Source: a virus. Taken from it: a stretch of 64,000 bases of DNA. Positions within the stretch are counted from its first letter, which is position 1; each line of letters begins with the position of its first letter. The position numbers were made by a program, and so were the translations under genes. Positions 18,923 to 29,455 of this stretch are shown here, in pieces. The notes under the pieces are model-generated. The model saw nothing but the letters and a program-made list of their open reading frames with translations. It was not told where the DNA came from and did no database searches. Location of the stretch: positions 1 through 64,000 of IMG/VR virus record IMGVR_UViG_3300030419_007436; one strand, given 5' to 3'.

Positions 18923-20712
18923 TAAAGTATTGTCCCCCTAATATCTCTATTTGGAAATTTAATCTCAAATACAGTGTCAGAGGGAGGTATTACAAATCTA
19001 CCATCTGCAGAAAGAGATTCTTCTATCGTTACGGGAGAGTCGGCATATTCACTACCTTCTCTTAGAACGACTTTTGCTTTTGTCACGTCCATAAGATCGG
19101 GAACGGATTTCAAGACTTGATATATGTCTGTTATTAATATTGGTTCGCCAATATCAAATGACCTAGAAAATGCCGCTCTCAGTATTCTGTTACATTCATT
19201 TAGAAGATCGTATTTATTCACGCCTGGAAATGCAGTGCCAACAAATTCAATTCCAATATTAGATATTTTTGCGTCTAGAATATCAATTGTATCGTTAATC
19301 ATTTTATATTGATTGATCCAAGTTTTTAAATTGCTTTTGAGTGTTTGATTTGCCTGTACCAAAAAGTTATTTGTATCCTCTGCTAAAATATAATAATTTA
19401 AATTTCTTTGATTATAAGAATCGGTATCCAACTCTAGCGCAATTCTTTTAAGTTTACCATACTTTGATGGCATATTATATGCCATACTTATATAATCTTG
19501 TTTTGTAACTGCTCTATATTGTGCTGCAAAATTTCCTTTTGCTCTTTCTTTTATTTCATTTGCAGAAACTATGCCCACATCTCCTGTCATCGGAGTTTCG
19601 TTTAAAACTGCCAAGCTATTTGTAACAGAAGAAATTTTTCCATTATCAAGCTGTTCACTCGAAGGAAAATCAAAATCTGCTGTTCCGACACGATTGATAC
19701 TGTTAGCTGCGACGTTTGTGTTATCAGTCGTGTTGATTCTATAAACAATGGTTAACACTGTATCAGATGGAACGACGCCTAATTTATCAGTTTGGTTTAA
19801 AATAGAAGGATCAAAAGAAGTATCTGAAACATAATCTTTGCCATGAAGCTGTAAGGCTACCTCAGAAGGGTCTTTTATTTCAACTGGTGTTTCATCACTC
19901 CCTTGTCCAAATTGTAAGAATATTCCATCTGGAGTATTTTCAACTCTGAAGCGGCGACCAACAGAAACTGGTTTTAAAATATAAGGAGTTGTTTGGCTGT
20001 GCGCGCCCCTGTTTAATACCGGCACATATATCGTATCTTGGGTCAAATAATCAACCTCATAATATTGATTCCCACTATCATCAAAAACTGTAGATATTTC
20101 ACTAATATTCTGGCCGCTTATTTTAATTCTTAAAAATGGCTTATATTCTCCAACGTTTACCTCCTGTACAGCTAACTCTCCAGAGATAACTTGGGCTGCG
20201 GCCCTGACCGCATAGGAAGTCGGTGCACCAGTGTTAGAATCTTCTTCTGCTACAACAATAGGGTTGGTTGAATTAGCGAAATTGACATCTTCTAATAAAG
20301 TAAAAATAGTATCATTATCAGAAAAGAAAGTAGATCCTTTTTTAAGAATTGGCATATAGTTTTTATCTGGTTCTGGTGAACCGGTTTCCGCCGGAATTGT
20401 TATATAAAAATTACACACACCAAAAGATGAGGGATACGGACTATACTTATATCCTAACTCTCTGCTCAGCTTCAATATGTTATCAAACTCCATAGCAGTG
20501 TCTAAAAATGATTCATTGGCCTGATAATCAACATAGAAAGATAAGACATCTCCTACATATGCAACAGTGTCGAGCATTAAAGCACCAAAAGACGCTTCAG
20601 AAAAATCTCTAAACGTGTCTGGATAATATCTTCGTACATGAGATTCTAAATCTGCTCGGATTGATGTATAATCTCGACTAGTATAATTTATTGATGGTTT
20701 TATCTTTGACAT
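18922..20712 (-). CDS. Baseplate wedge subunit (T4 gp6 / baseplate J-like), 596 aa
   Basis: INYTSRDYTSIRADL, DFSEASFG.LMLD.VAYVGDVLSFYVD.Q.NESFLDTA, and the C-terminal AQYRAVTKQDY motif typical of gp6/J-like proteins; adjacent to a gp25-like gene. Confidence 0.9.
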   Translation of the reverse strand: MSKIKPSINYTSRDYTSIRADLESHVRRYYPDTFRDFSEASFGALMLDTVAYVGDVLSFYVDYQANESFLDTAMEFDNILKLSRELGYKYSPYPSSFGVCNFYITIPAETGSPEPDKNYMPILKKGSTFFSDNDTIFTLLEDVNFANSTNPIVVAEEDSNTGAPTSYAVRAAAQVISGELAVQEVNVGEYKPFLRIKISGQNISEISTVFDDSGNQYYEVDYLTQDTIYVPVLNRGAHSQTTPYILKPVSVGRRFRVENTPDGIFLQFGQGSDETPVEIKDPSEVALQLHGKDYVSDTSFDPSILNQTDKLGVVPSDTVLTIVYRINTTDNTNVAANSINRVGTADFDFPSSEQLDNGKISSVTNSLAVLNETPMTGDVGIVSANEIKERAKGNFAAQYRAVTKQDYISMAYNMPSKYGKLKRIALELDTDSYNQRNLNYYILAEDTNNFLVQANQTLKSNLKTWINQYKMINDTIDILDAKISNIGIEFVGTAFPGVNKYDLLNECNRILRAAFSRSFDIGEPILITDIYQVLKSVPDLMDVTKAKVVLREGSEYADSPVTIEESLSADGRFVIPPSDTVFEIKFPNRDIRGTIL

Positions 20713-20727
20713 ATATTTATTCCTTAA

Positions 20728-21126
20728 TTAGCCGCCTGCTTTTACATTTATTGTTAAACTATCATCCAATCCAACATCTGGTATTACATAAGATATTCTT
20801 ATCCCCAATTTTTGGGAAGAATCTATATGACTGTTGTCCTCTATTTCAAAAGATGAGACGTCCACCAACCTGACAGAAGGTAAATATTTTTTAACCTGTT
20901 CAAATAATTTAGTTTTAAAATTATGAAAAGATTCCGCCTTAGTCTCAAATAAATAATTTCTTGCGCCCACTCCAAAATCTGGATTCATCATTCTCTCACC
21001 CGGAGTCGTTAATACAATCATCTTAATATTTTGTCTAACTACTTCTGAAAGTGTTTTGTTGAGTTTATAGTATCCATCTACTGAGTCGTGCAACAAAGGT
21101 AATTTTAGTGAGTATCCAATTGCCAT
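20728..21126 (-). CDS. Baseplate wedge protein gp25-like (GPW_gp25 family), 132 aa
   Basis: VRQNIKMIVLTTPGERMMNPDFGVGARNYLFE is the gp25 signature (LLT..GER...P.FG). Confidence 0.92.
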   Translation of the reverse strand: MAIGYSLKLPLLHDSVDGYYKLNKTLSEVVRQNIKMIVLTTPGERMMNPDFGVGARNYLFETKAESFHNFKTKLFEQVKKYLPSVRLVDVSSFEIEDNSHIDSSQKLGIRISYVIPDVGLDDSLTINVKAGG

Positions 21127-21208
21127 GTCTTTTACCTCTTGAATTAATTAGAATTTAAAACTTATTTTTATAATAAAAATTGTATTTACATTTCTCTTAA
21201 GGATACCT

Positions 21209-24200
21209 TTAATCTTCACAAGGATCTTTGTTTGGATCAGTGGAAAGTTTGTCGGTGGCGCCCTTATCTTTATTCTTGTCTTTTTCGCTCCTAGAGATAT
21301 ATTTTGCTAACACGCCAACTGGAGTTAGTGGGCCCGGAAAGAACCATGGAGTTTTCCATGTTGGGTCGACCATGTTTGCACCCATTTGTATCACTAGTTT
21401 AAAAAACATTCCAACTATTTCATTTGTACTAGGGCTCGTCATCTCATCTGCAGCGTCCATCTCTAAGTTTTTTGATACTTCATCTAAATATTGATAATCC
21501 CCTTTGTGAGCAGCTTCTGCATGTGCTATCAAGTTGGCGATTAAATCTTTTGTTGGTTTAAGAAGCGTACTCAGCTGTGGATATGTTCCTTCCATGAAAT
21601 AACGATAAAACAATGCAGCAGTTATTGACCCCTCCTGTATTGGAAATACTTCCTCAAAAAGTTTATGGGGCTTGTCGGCGCCTGATCCGGTTCCGGATAT
21701 CTTATTCATCAAAGACGAGTTTAAATTATCTAAAATGGTCCAGCGTCGGTCTTCGCTTAGGGCTACATTTAACAATTTACAAGTAGCCCAAAACGTTGGG
21801 ATACTTTCACTTCTGCCATTAAATCTTAAATAATTCATATATTCTTCTACAGGTTCTGGAAACCAATGTAACTTAGAATCTAGCGTGCCTGGAGCCGGAT
21901 CCGGCGAGAGCGTGATTATATTTTTGTTCTTCATGGCCTCGTTGAAAAAATTAATAATCTCTGGAATATTATGTTGAATGTTGTTGGCGTCGGAGTCGTC
22001 TTGCCAGTCATACGCCAGTCGTATACCACTCGGTGATGGCGAGGTCCCATCCACGGCCAAACACATGTTTTTCCAATTGCCTAGAGTGTTATTATATATT
22101 ATATGCCACGGGTTGTTTTTGTCTTTATTTATATCCATCCAATAATCAGTTAAATTATGTTCTACATATTCTAGAGGAATACAAAGAAAATACCTATCTT
22201 TATTTGATTTTTGCCACTTTGCTTGTCCATCTTCAGACGTTATTGTTTCTGTTGACGGCTGAGTTATAACAAAAGATTTGTCTTCTAAATATTTTTTATC
22301 CGTCTTGAAACCTTCCCAGTCGCCAGCAGCGATTGGAAGTAAATTTACAATCGTATCAAAATATTGAGATATTTGTTGTTGATCATCAGATTCAATTGGT
22401 ATTACTAAGTTCATTCTCATGCCGATTGACATATCAAACCATTGATCGAATGGCGCGTCTACAACAATGTCAAGCAAATATTTCCAGAATACACATTCAT
22501 AGTGGTAGTTACTCTCCGACTCTGTATAGCTTGAAGCCATGGCGGGGTCATCACCAGTATATGGGCTGGACCAAATAAACTTTTTATCTAATCCAATTTT
22601 ATCTTGTCTTAAAAAATCCCCTATTTTTTTCAAGAAAACATTTGAAACAGGATTGCCGTTTATTATATCATGCAAGCCTGAATATTGACCACTGCCAGCT
22701 ACTGTTTGTTCTTGCTCGACACCTATCATTACATCTTTTGCCCGGGCGTATAACGCTATTGTCGATAGCTTGCAAGTAGAGAAAAAGCTAGTAGAAAAAT
22801 TTGGCGCTTTGTGTTTGCCTCCAACTGGAGCGTTGTGATTATAAGAAACTGTATCAAAATCAATGATACCTCTATTAATAAATTCATTGGCCGCGGCTGG
22901 TACAACTCCATAGGGATAATGCTGCCAATAATAAAATCCGTCCCAAAAAGGAAGAATATTATAATCATTTTTACTATTTCCAATAACAGTGGCAAATGTT
23001 TCTTTTTTGCCGGGGGTCGAAGGGCCAGAGCCATATTTGTTTTCATCAGATGCATATGCAGGAGGCACACCGGTATATGAAGACAGGATCCTGGAGAAAA
23101 AAGATCTTTGACCATAAGCCGTTTTGCCTAATACGGCATCGTCTTTGGCTGTGGCGCCCACAATGTTATCTGGGGCTGTTGGTGGTGAAGAGCCGGGGTC
23201 AACGCCAACAGTTCCGAACTTGGCCAGCGCATCTGCATAGTCCATAGGATAAAGGGGACTAAAAAATAAATCATAAAATTGCCTAAAAATGGTGCCGTCT
23301 TCTATAAATGCGATGTCCCCCTTTTCATTAACTTCTGAATCGACGGCAAGTATTATATTTTCAATTGCGCCTCTCATGGCCCTTAATGTATCTGTGTTTA
23401 GAGAATTTTGCGGACCTCCCATATCAAAGTTGCTTTTATAGGTTTTTTCTTTACCACCAACCATGACGGTTTTTGGTTCCTCGAAACGCATATCATTATT
23501 AACGAGCGTTCTGTGTTTCCAATAGTTAAACGCCAGGCCGGAATCGGTACTGACGGTTTGTACACCTTGATCTGGGCCCGGGCTGCTAACTTCGCTGGTT
23601 TCGTGTGTCCAAGTATCGATGCTGGTCTCTTGAATTGCTTTATATCTATATGCCTCTTTAAATTTAGACCAAAATTTCTTCAATGGAATAACATATGTTA
23701 AATTGGCATTCGGGGCGTCAAGATCTTCTGGTTTTTCATTTAATATATCATCTGCAAAAACAGATTTTAAACGAAGATAAGGCTGCCTAATTAGCCCTCC
23801 GTTCCAATTTGGAGCAAAAGGAGACCCTAGATCTGTCGTTGGTACTGAAAAGAAAGGAATATTATTGTGAAGGGTATAATTGCCATCCGCATCAGGAGTA
23901 TCATATTTTCTAACTGGGTAGAGTGGTTTGTTCCAATATTCATTTTTTACAAAATATTTCATCATTCTTCGAAGATAGTGCTTCTCAGCATCCGCCTCAC
24001 CAGCTTCTTCAAAATCTATAATTTCAGATTTCCAGCTAGGGTTTACCATAGTGCGAACCCTGTCATCCAAAATATCATTTACTTCAATAGCTATTTCTTT
24101 TACTAATATTTCTAAACAATTTTGTGGACTTAAGTAAAGAAAATCTGAAGGATTTTCTTCGTCTTCAAACATTCCCAATTGTTTGCGGCCGTTGATTATT

Positions 24201-27200
24201 TTTTCTGAATAATATAATAGATTTTCATAACCATCATGACCCACTTTTGCTCTGACCAAATCTTTAATATTATCAAGAAAATATTCCATATAGGCGTCGG
24301 TCTCTAAAATATCTCTTATTCTAATAAAAGCAAACATAAAAATATTTTTTAAATATTCTTCAACAACACAAACTTTTATTAACAGCGTGTAAAGTCCGTA
24401 AACACTAGCAATTTGTAATGAATCTGGTGTATCAAACGTGCTGACCACGCACTCTAAGCTTTGTCTGGTTTTATCTACATCATCGATAACCTTCTCAATA
24501 TTTAACAATGGCGTTGATCCGAGTCCTTCAATACATTTTGCTTTTATTTCATCATTCGTAAATGGAATTTCTGAAAAGTTCGAAGCCTTGAATAATCCTT
24601 CCGTCGTTGCTTGCATAAGGAGAGTCTCAAAAAGATAGCTTGTAGCGATTGGGAACAACCCTTTAAAAGCAAGGGACGCAGCGTCGGTGGATAAAGTTGT
24701 CGCTAAATTTTTTGAAGCGTTCTCGTTGCTCTTATAATAGTCAAGCAGATGTGCACCAACATCATTTAAATTAAAGTCTTTATTTATAATAGTATCATCT
24801 TCATCTTTTGGCCACTCATAATCTAAGTTACCAGTAGTTTTGTCAATTATAATAATTTTAATTTGTTTTGGGTTTATTGTTACTTTTCTTCCGGTAGGTT
24901 TAAGTATATATTCCCTACCATCCGTGTCATTATAGTTAAAAGCCAAATGTATATCATAATTGCTATTTGGCACCTCATATAAGTAAGCAGCAAAGTTTTC
25001 ATTTATATCAAAATCTTTAATTTGATTCCCGAAGCCGTTTGGATCTTCTATGGCGCTTTTTAGCGCTGTCCTTAAAGCATTTGCAACTAGTGTGTTCTCG
25101 AAATTTCCAAAACTGGCAGCGCTGGAGATAATGAGTGCATTTAAACCTGATTTAAAAGTATCAGTGGGATCTTCTTTATCTGCAGAGTCAGGGAGATTAA
25201 TGGGGAGAGCTGCTCCATATTTACCATAATCCTTTATTGTTTCTGCAATTATATTTTTATAGGGCAATAAATTGTTATTAAACGTTTTATCAATAGATGT
25301 ATATGTTGCTGAGTTAACTTGATCAAACATATATAATTGACTAGGATCAGTAGGTTTTGGCATCAATGGCTCTTGACCAACTTGTCTCGGATTACATGGG
25401 CCACAAAATAAAGGAGGAAATTGATCCTCTAATGCCTTTGGATCTAAAAGCGGAACTGTGGAAATTATATCGTTTATTAAATCTTGTTTGTCTTTTTCAG
25501 CTAACAGAGCCACATCTTCACATGCAATACCTTCACATAAGACTTGTATTGCCGCACTATCTGGGTCACATAAATCAATAAATTTTTCTTTAAAATCATT
25601 ATATTGATCAACTGAGTCGTCAAGAACCGATGTGTCAAACAGTTGGCCAACACCATGCAGGAATTCATGACACTGATCAATTGACATATATCCCGGTAGG
25701 CCTTGTTCCTTGGCAATTTTTTCACCCTCAGAAGAAAGCACAGATACACCGGGCGCTGCAGATTGAATGGCAGCAATAGTGTCAGCTGGTATAAAAACAG
25801 TTGCTGCTGTGGCATATAAACTATCAGCAGAATTATCATTACACTCAGTTGTTAATAGTCTTTTGACCTCACTAGGGCTATGTTGTAAACTCAATTTATC
25901 AAAACCATCTATGAGGGCCTGAACTTCTGGATTAAGAAACATATCTTTTTTCATGCCTTTAACTTTATCCCAAATTTGTTGCTGTCCGTTGTCTTCGTAT
26001 AAAGGCGATTCCATAATAAAAGACGATAGAGATTTAAATCCGAAGGCGCCATCGCCGGAAGAGTTGCACATATCGGTCAACAAACTTCCTAATATTTCTT
26101 GTTTAACATACTTGAGCAAAATCAAAAGAGTGGCTAATAATATATTTGTAGCCATATCAACAAGAGCCTTAGCTAAAAATTCACCCCAACCGGCCAACTT
26201 GTCGCCTGGTTTACTCCAATCTAAGAATGGTTTTATAAATTTTTTAAAAGAGAGAGTTCCTTGTTTCTCAATTTGCTCTGGTCTGTTTTTTCTACTGTCA
26301 AACAGTTCATCTATAACCATTCCAGAAACATCTTCAGCTAAAGCTGCCAGATCTTGGGCGGGGCCATATATTGATAAAATACAATCACATATTGCACCCT
26401 CTGCTTTCTCGCTTGCCCACTGCTCTAGCTCATCATTAAAGTCGTCTGGTGAACGCCCCAATTTATTTTGCATTGTTGGGTCCGAACAATAAAGTTTTGT
26501 AATGGCTGCCAGATCAGCCTCTGAAGCTGCCTGTTCCGATGGGTCTTTAGTAAATTTATCTGGGTATCTTGATTTTGCCATTTGATATACAAGGCCTTTT
26601 CTACCAGAAACCATCTCTTCGAGTCTTGCAATTGCCAACTCTCCTGGAGATCCTAATTGTCTTAAACAAGGATATAACATTACCCTTATTTCTGCTAGTG
26701 GGACTGTTTTAAGAATTTGTTTACAAAGCTGTTTTTTAAAATCATCAAATGGCACGCACTTTAATGCAGATGCAACCAACATTTTTGTTAATTCTACGGC
26801 CGGTATCTTGTTTAATAGTTTTTCATATAAACCAGCAGTACTAAATATATCATCTGTGAGTGCTTTAAAAAGCGCATCATCGCCAACCTGAAGGCTCATT
26901 GCGTCGGATGATGCGGCAATAATCTCTTTCATTTGAGGGCTTAATACTTGAGTGGGATCTTGCAAATAACTACCGGCCATAATTTTAGCCCAGGCTGGGT
27001 TTTTCATTAAGTCCATAAGTCCCGTTTGGTCATACGGAGTGCCATCACTGCTATATGAAATATCTACAGGAGGATAAACATACTTTTGTGCAAAAGAAAC
27101 CCACGATTGTTGAGAAGAAAAGAGAGCCGAGCTTATCCCAGAAGACGTCAAGTATTTAGAGTATTTTCTTTTAATTTCTGGTAAATAATGCAACAATCCA

Positions 27201-28426
27201 TTAACAGTGGAGGAAGAAAATGGTGGTGTAGAGTATGTTTCTTCAATGCCCGCCTTCAAAATATAGGCACTTAAATTTTCTTTATCACATAAACAATCGG
27301 GGACTTCACTAAAAGAGATATATTTTAATCTATAATCTTCAGTAAAACCAAATTGAATAGCTGAATCTGTTTTTTCAAGATCTTTGAGTGGGGGCTTCCC
27401 ATTTAATATCATAAACTCATTTAAAGTCTCATAAACCTTTGATATTTTACCCGCTGTGCACTCACCGTCAAAATTAATACTAATATTTCCAATTCTACTT
27501 TCTGAATTCTTAAATTGACCATGAAAGTGATTTAAAATTCTTTGGAGATTGTTTAAATCAAACTCAAGCTCTCTTGTAAAAATCATCACTTCGTGACTTA
27601 CCAAATCAAGGTTGACTGATGGGTCAACTTTAAGGGGCAATGATTCTACCCACCCCCTATCAAAAAGTACTTTAATCCAAAGGCTCTGGAATTCTTTCTT
27701 TCGCGGCGAGATGTGTACGGCTTCAGCTATGGTCGGCTTTATAGGGATTGTGCCGTAGTTTTGTGCATCTAGCATGTGTTGCGAGCCATCTTGAAGTTGT
27801 AGAGCTATTCCAAGATCTCTTCCAAGTTTTCTTATTGCCATTCCCTTGGCACCAGATATAAAGGCTTTGTCCTCTAGTAAAGAGGAGAGGTTAAGTTTTT
27901 TATCATCCTCAAGGCCCGTAAAGTGATTTGATAGTTCTTTATTTTTTTGTATTTTTTCATATGCAAGGGGAACAACATAATATTTTTTATTTTTAGAAAG
28001 ATGTACTTTCTTTTGTTTCCACCACTCTAGCCCCCCTTTCATAAGGTCCGTATTTGTTATCTTCGGATCGGAAATTTCAGGACCTAAGCCATATTTCTCT
28101 TTTACATATTTTATAAATCCCACCCAAGTTTTATTGTAATTTTCCGCCTGATATGACCAAGCGGGAGACTTATAATCTGTGTTATCTCCTTCACTAGCTT
28201 TGGGATTAGGTTCTTGGCCCTTTCCATATTCCTTTAAAAGATCTTCAGTAAAGGATGTTATGCTCGGAGTATATACTTTTCCAGCTTTAATTGTGTTTTG
28301 TGATGCTTCAGGGTGTATTTCCCTAACTACAATCCCTCTTTCTGGTTCATCTTTTAGTCGGTTCCATATTTTATGAATTTCACGCTTAAGTTTATTATAT
28401 GTTACCTGATCATTTCTTGGTGCCAT
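21209..28426 (-). CDS. Very large hypothetical protein, 2405 aa (probably virion-associated)
   Basis: Uninterrupted ORF with SD AAGAGG, lying between the putative spike gene and gp25. No family recognised. Confidence 0.7.
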   Translation of the reverse strand: MAPRNDQVTYNKLKREIHKIWNRLKDEPERGIVVREIHPEASQNTIKAGKVYTPSITSFTEDLLKEYGKGQEPNPKASEGDNTDYKSPAWSYQAENYNKTWVGFIKYVKEKYGLGPEISDPKITNTDLMKGGLEWWKQKKVHLSKNKKYYVVPLAYEKIQKNKELSNHFTGLEDDKKLNLSSLLEDKAFISGAKGMAIRKLGRDLGIALQLQDGSQHMLDAQNYGTIPIKPTIAEAVHISPRKKEFQSLWIKVLFDRGWVESLPLKVDPSVNLDLVSHEVMIFTRELEFDLNNLQRILNHFHGQFKNSESRIGNISINFDGECTAGKISKVYETLNEFMILNGKPPLKDLEKTDSAIQFGFTEDYRLKYISFSEVPDCLCDKENLSAYILKAGIEETYSTPPFSSSTVNGLLHYLPEIKRKYSKYLTSSGISSALFSSQQSWVSFAQKYVYPPVDISYSSDGTPYDQTGLMDLMKNPAWAKIMAGSYLQDPTQVLSPQMKEIIAASSDAMSLQVGDDALFKALTDDIFSTAGLYEKLLNKIPAVELTKMLVASALKCVPFDDFKKQLCKQILKTVPLAEIRVMLYPCLRQLGSPGELAIARLEEMVSGRKGLVYQMAKSRYPDKFTKDPSEQAASEADLAAITKLYCSDPTMQNKLGRSPDDFNDELEQWASEKAEGAICDCILSIYGPAQDLAALAEDVSGMVIDELFDSRKNRPEQIEKQGTLSFKKFIKPFLDWSKPGDKLAGWGEFLAKALVDMATNILLATLLILLKYVKQEILGSLLTDMCNSSGDGAFGFKSLSSFIMESPLYEDNGQQQIWDKVKGMKKDMFLNPEVQALIDGFDKLSLQHSPSEVKRLLTTECNDNSADSLYATAATVFIPADTIAAIQSAAPGVSVLSSEGEKIAKEQGLPGYMSIDQCHEFLHGVGQLFDTSVLDDSVDQYNDFKEKFIDLCDPDSAAIQVLCEGIACEDVALLAEKDKQDLINDIISTVPLLDPKALEDQFPPLFCGPCNPRQVGQEPLMPKPTDPSQLYMFDQVNSATYTSIDKTFNNNLLPYKNIIAETIKDYGKYGAALPINLPDSADKEDPTDTFKSGLNALIISSAASFGNFENTLVANALRTALKSAIEDPNGFGNQIKDFDINENFAAYLYEVPNSNYDIHLAFNYNDTDGREYILKPTGRKVTINPKQIKIIIIDKTTGNLDYEWPKDEDDTIINKDFNLNDVGAHLLDYYKSNENASKNLATTLSTDAASLAFKGLFPIATSYLFETLLMQATTEGLFKASNFSEIPFTNDEIKAKCIEGLGSTPLLNIEKVIDDVDKTRQSLECVVSTFDTPDSLQIASVYGLYTLLIKVCVVEEYLKNIFMFAFIRIRDILETDAYMEYFLDNIKDLVRAKVGHDGYENLLYYSEKIINGRKQLGMFEDEENPSDFLYLSPQNCLEILVKEIAIEVNDILDDRVRTMVNPSWKSEIIDFEEAGEADAEKHYLRRMMKYFVKNEYWNKPLYPVRKYDTPDADGNYTLHNNIPFFSVPTTDLGSPFAPNWNGGLIRQPYLRLKSVFADDILNEKPEDLDAPNANLTYVIPLKKFWSKFKEAYRYKAIQETSIDTWTHETSEVSSPGPDQGVQTVSTDSGLAFNYWKHRTLVNNDMRFEEPKTVMVGGKEKTYKSNFDMGGPQNSLNTDTLRAMRGAIENIILAVDSEVNEKGDIAFIEDGTIFRQFYDLFFSPLYPMDYADALAKFGTVGVDPGSSPPTAPDNIVGATAKDDAVLGKTAYGQRSFFSRILSSYTGVPPAYASDENKYGSGPSTPGKKETFATVIGNSKNDYNILPFWDGFYYWQHYPYGVVPAAANEFINRGIIDFDTVSYNHNAPVGGKHKAPNFSTSFFSTCKLSTIALYARAKDVMIGVEQEQTVAGSGQYSGLHDIINGNPVSNVFLKKIGDFLRQDKIGLDKKFIWSSPYTGDDPAMASSYTESESNYHYECVFWKYLLDIVVDAPFDQWFDMSIGMRMNLVIPIESDDQQQISQYFDTIVNLLPIAAGDWEGFKTDKKYLEDKSFVITQPSTETITSEDGQAKWQKSNKDRYFLCIPLEYVEHNLTDYWMDINKDKNNPWHIIYNNTLGNWKNMCLAVDGTSPSPSGIRLAYDWQDDSDANNIQHNIPEIINFFNEAMKNKNIITLSPDPAPGTLDSKLHWFPEPVEEYMNYLRFNGRSESIPTFWATCKLLNVALSEDRRWTILDNLNSSLMNKISGTGSGADKPHKLFEEVFPIQEGSITAALFYRYFMEGTYPQLSTLLKPTKDLIANLIAHAEAAHKGDYQYLDEVSKNLEMDAADEMTSPSTNEIVGMFFKLVIQMGANMVDPTWKTPWFFPGPLTPVGVLAKYISRSEKDKNKDKGATDKLSTDPNKDPCED

Positions 28427-28449
28427 GATTTACCTCTTTTTTTCGAATA

Positions 28450-29436
28450 CTAAGACACAAAAACGTGGCGACTGTTTATATAGTCACTACTAAACATTTT
28501 CAGTGCAGCCGTTCTTTCGCCTTCCGCTGCGTGGCGATACATCATCATATCTTTTTGACACATTAAACCAGCTGTTAACGCCTTATAACCAGCCATAAAA
28601 GTTTTATAGTGTGGCAGCGTTTCCCCATTACAAAATCCTTTTGGCCCGGCGCCAGCAAGAGTACTAATAGCTATTCCAGTTGGCGATGGGTGCACGTGTG
28701 CCATAACATGACAATTTAATTCCATCTGAAACTGAAGAAAATTTTGAAGAGCAGACTGTATTTGATTCATTCTATCAACAATACTATTGAGAGCGGCAAC
28801 TAGTTTATGTCCCTTTGGTATTGGTTCTAGTTGGTCGGGCCTAACATTTCCAGCTATTAATTCAATAGGAGGTACAGAAATTACTGGTTTATGTTTTGAG
28901 TTAAATTTATCTACACCAGTAACAAGCTTCAATCCCTCGCGGCCTACAATTCTAGTATGATCTGCCTTTAATACTGCAGCAGATTTTCCTTGTGGTTTTC
29001 CGGTTTTACCCTCGGGCAAATTAAACTGATCGTCGACGTCACACATAGCAGAGATATACATTCTTGCAGCATCCATTTCTGCACTAGGGTTAACTCTCTT
29101 GTCTTCTGGTACGGGTATTTTCTTATCTGCCACGGACCAGGAATAAAGACCTGCGTAAATATCTACAGCAGAACATCCAATTCCTCCAATTCCTCCATAT
29201 CCATTTCCATATTTAAACCCATTTTTTTCATTTAACCTGTCGGTTCCAATTCGAATGCCAGAGCCATAAGGGCCCACATACACTTCTTCTCCAAAAGGAG
29301 GATATTTTAACTGGGGGACTTTCTGTGGATTTGGATCTCCATCAATACCTTTATAATACCTTTCTTCTTCTGGATTTAAATTATGTGGAGTTTTATCCTT
29401 TATTATCTTCGATTCGGGTCTTAATTTACCACTCAT
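28450..29436 (-). CDS. Putative baseplate central spike / gp5 C-terminal-like protein, 328 aa
   Basis: It lies directly downstream of a gp5-like OB-fold hydrolase. The middle is Gly-rich and beta-like, and there is an HxH motif (AHVHPSPTG, 28690-28698) like the metal-binding apex of P2 gpV-type spikes, though about 80 aa from the C-terminus. Confidence 0.45.
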   Translation of the reverse strand: MSGKLRPESKIIKDKTPHNLNPEEERYYKGIDGDPNPQKVPQLKYPPFGEEVYVGPYGSGIRIGTDRLNEKNGFKYGNGYGGIGGIGCSAVDIYAGLYSWSVADKKIPVPEDKRVNPSAEMDAARMYISAMCDVDDQFNLPEGKTGKPQGKSAAVLKADHTRIVGREGLKLVTGVDKFNSKHKPVISVPPIELIAGNVRPDQLEPIPKGHKLVAALNSIVDRMNQIQSALQNFLQFQMELNCHVMAHVHPSPTGIAISTLAGAGPKGFCNGETLPHYKTFMAGYKALTAGLMCQKDMMMYRHAAEGERTAALKMFSSDYINSRHVFVS

Positions 29437-29455
29437 TTTAACTTGCTCCTTTTCT

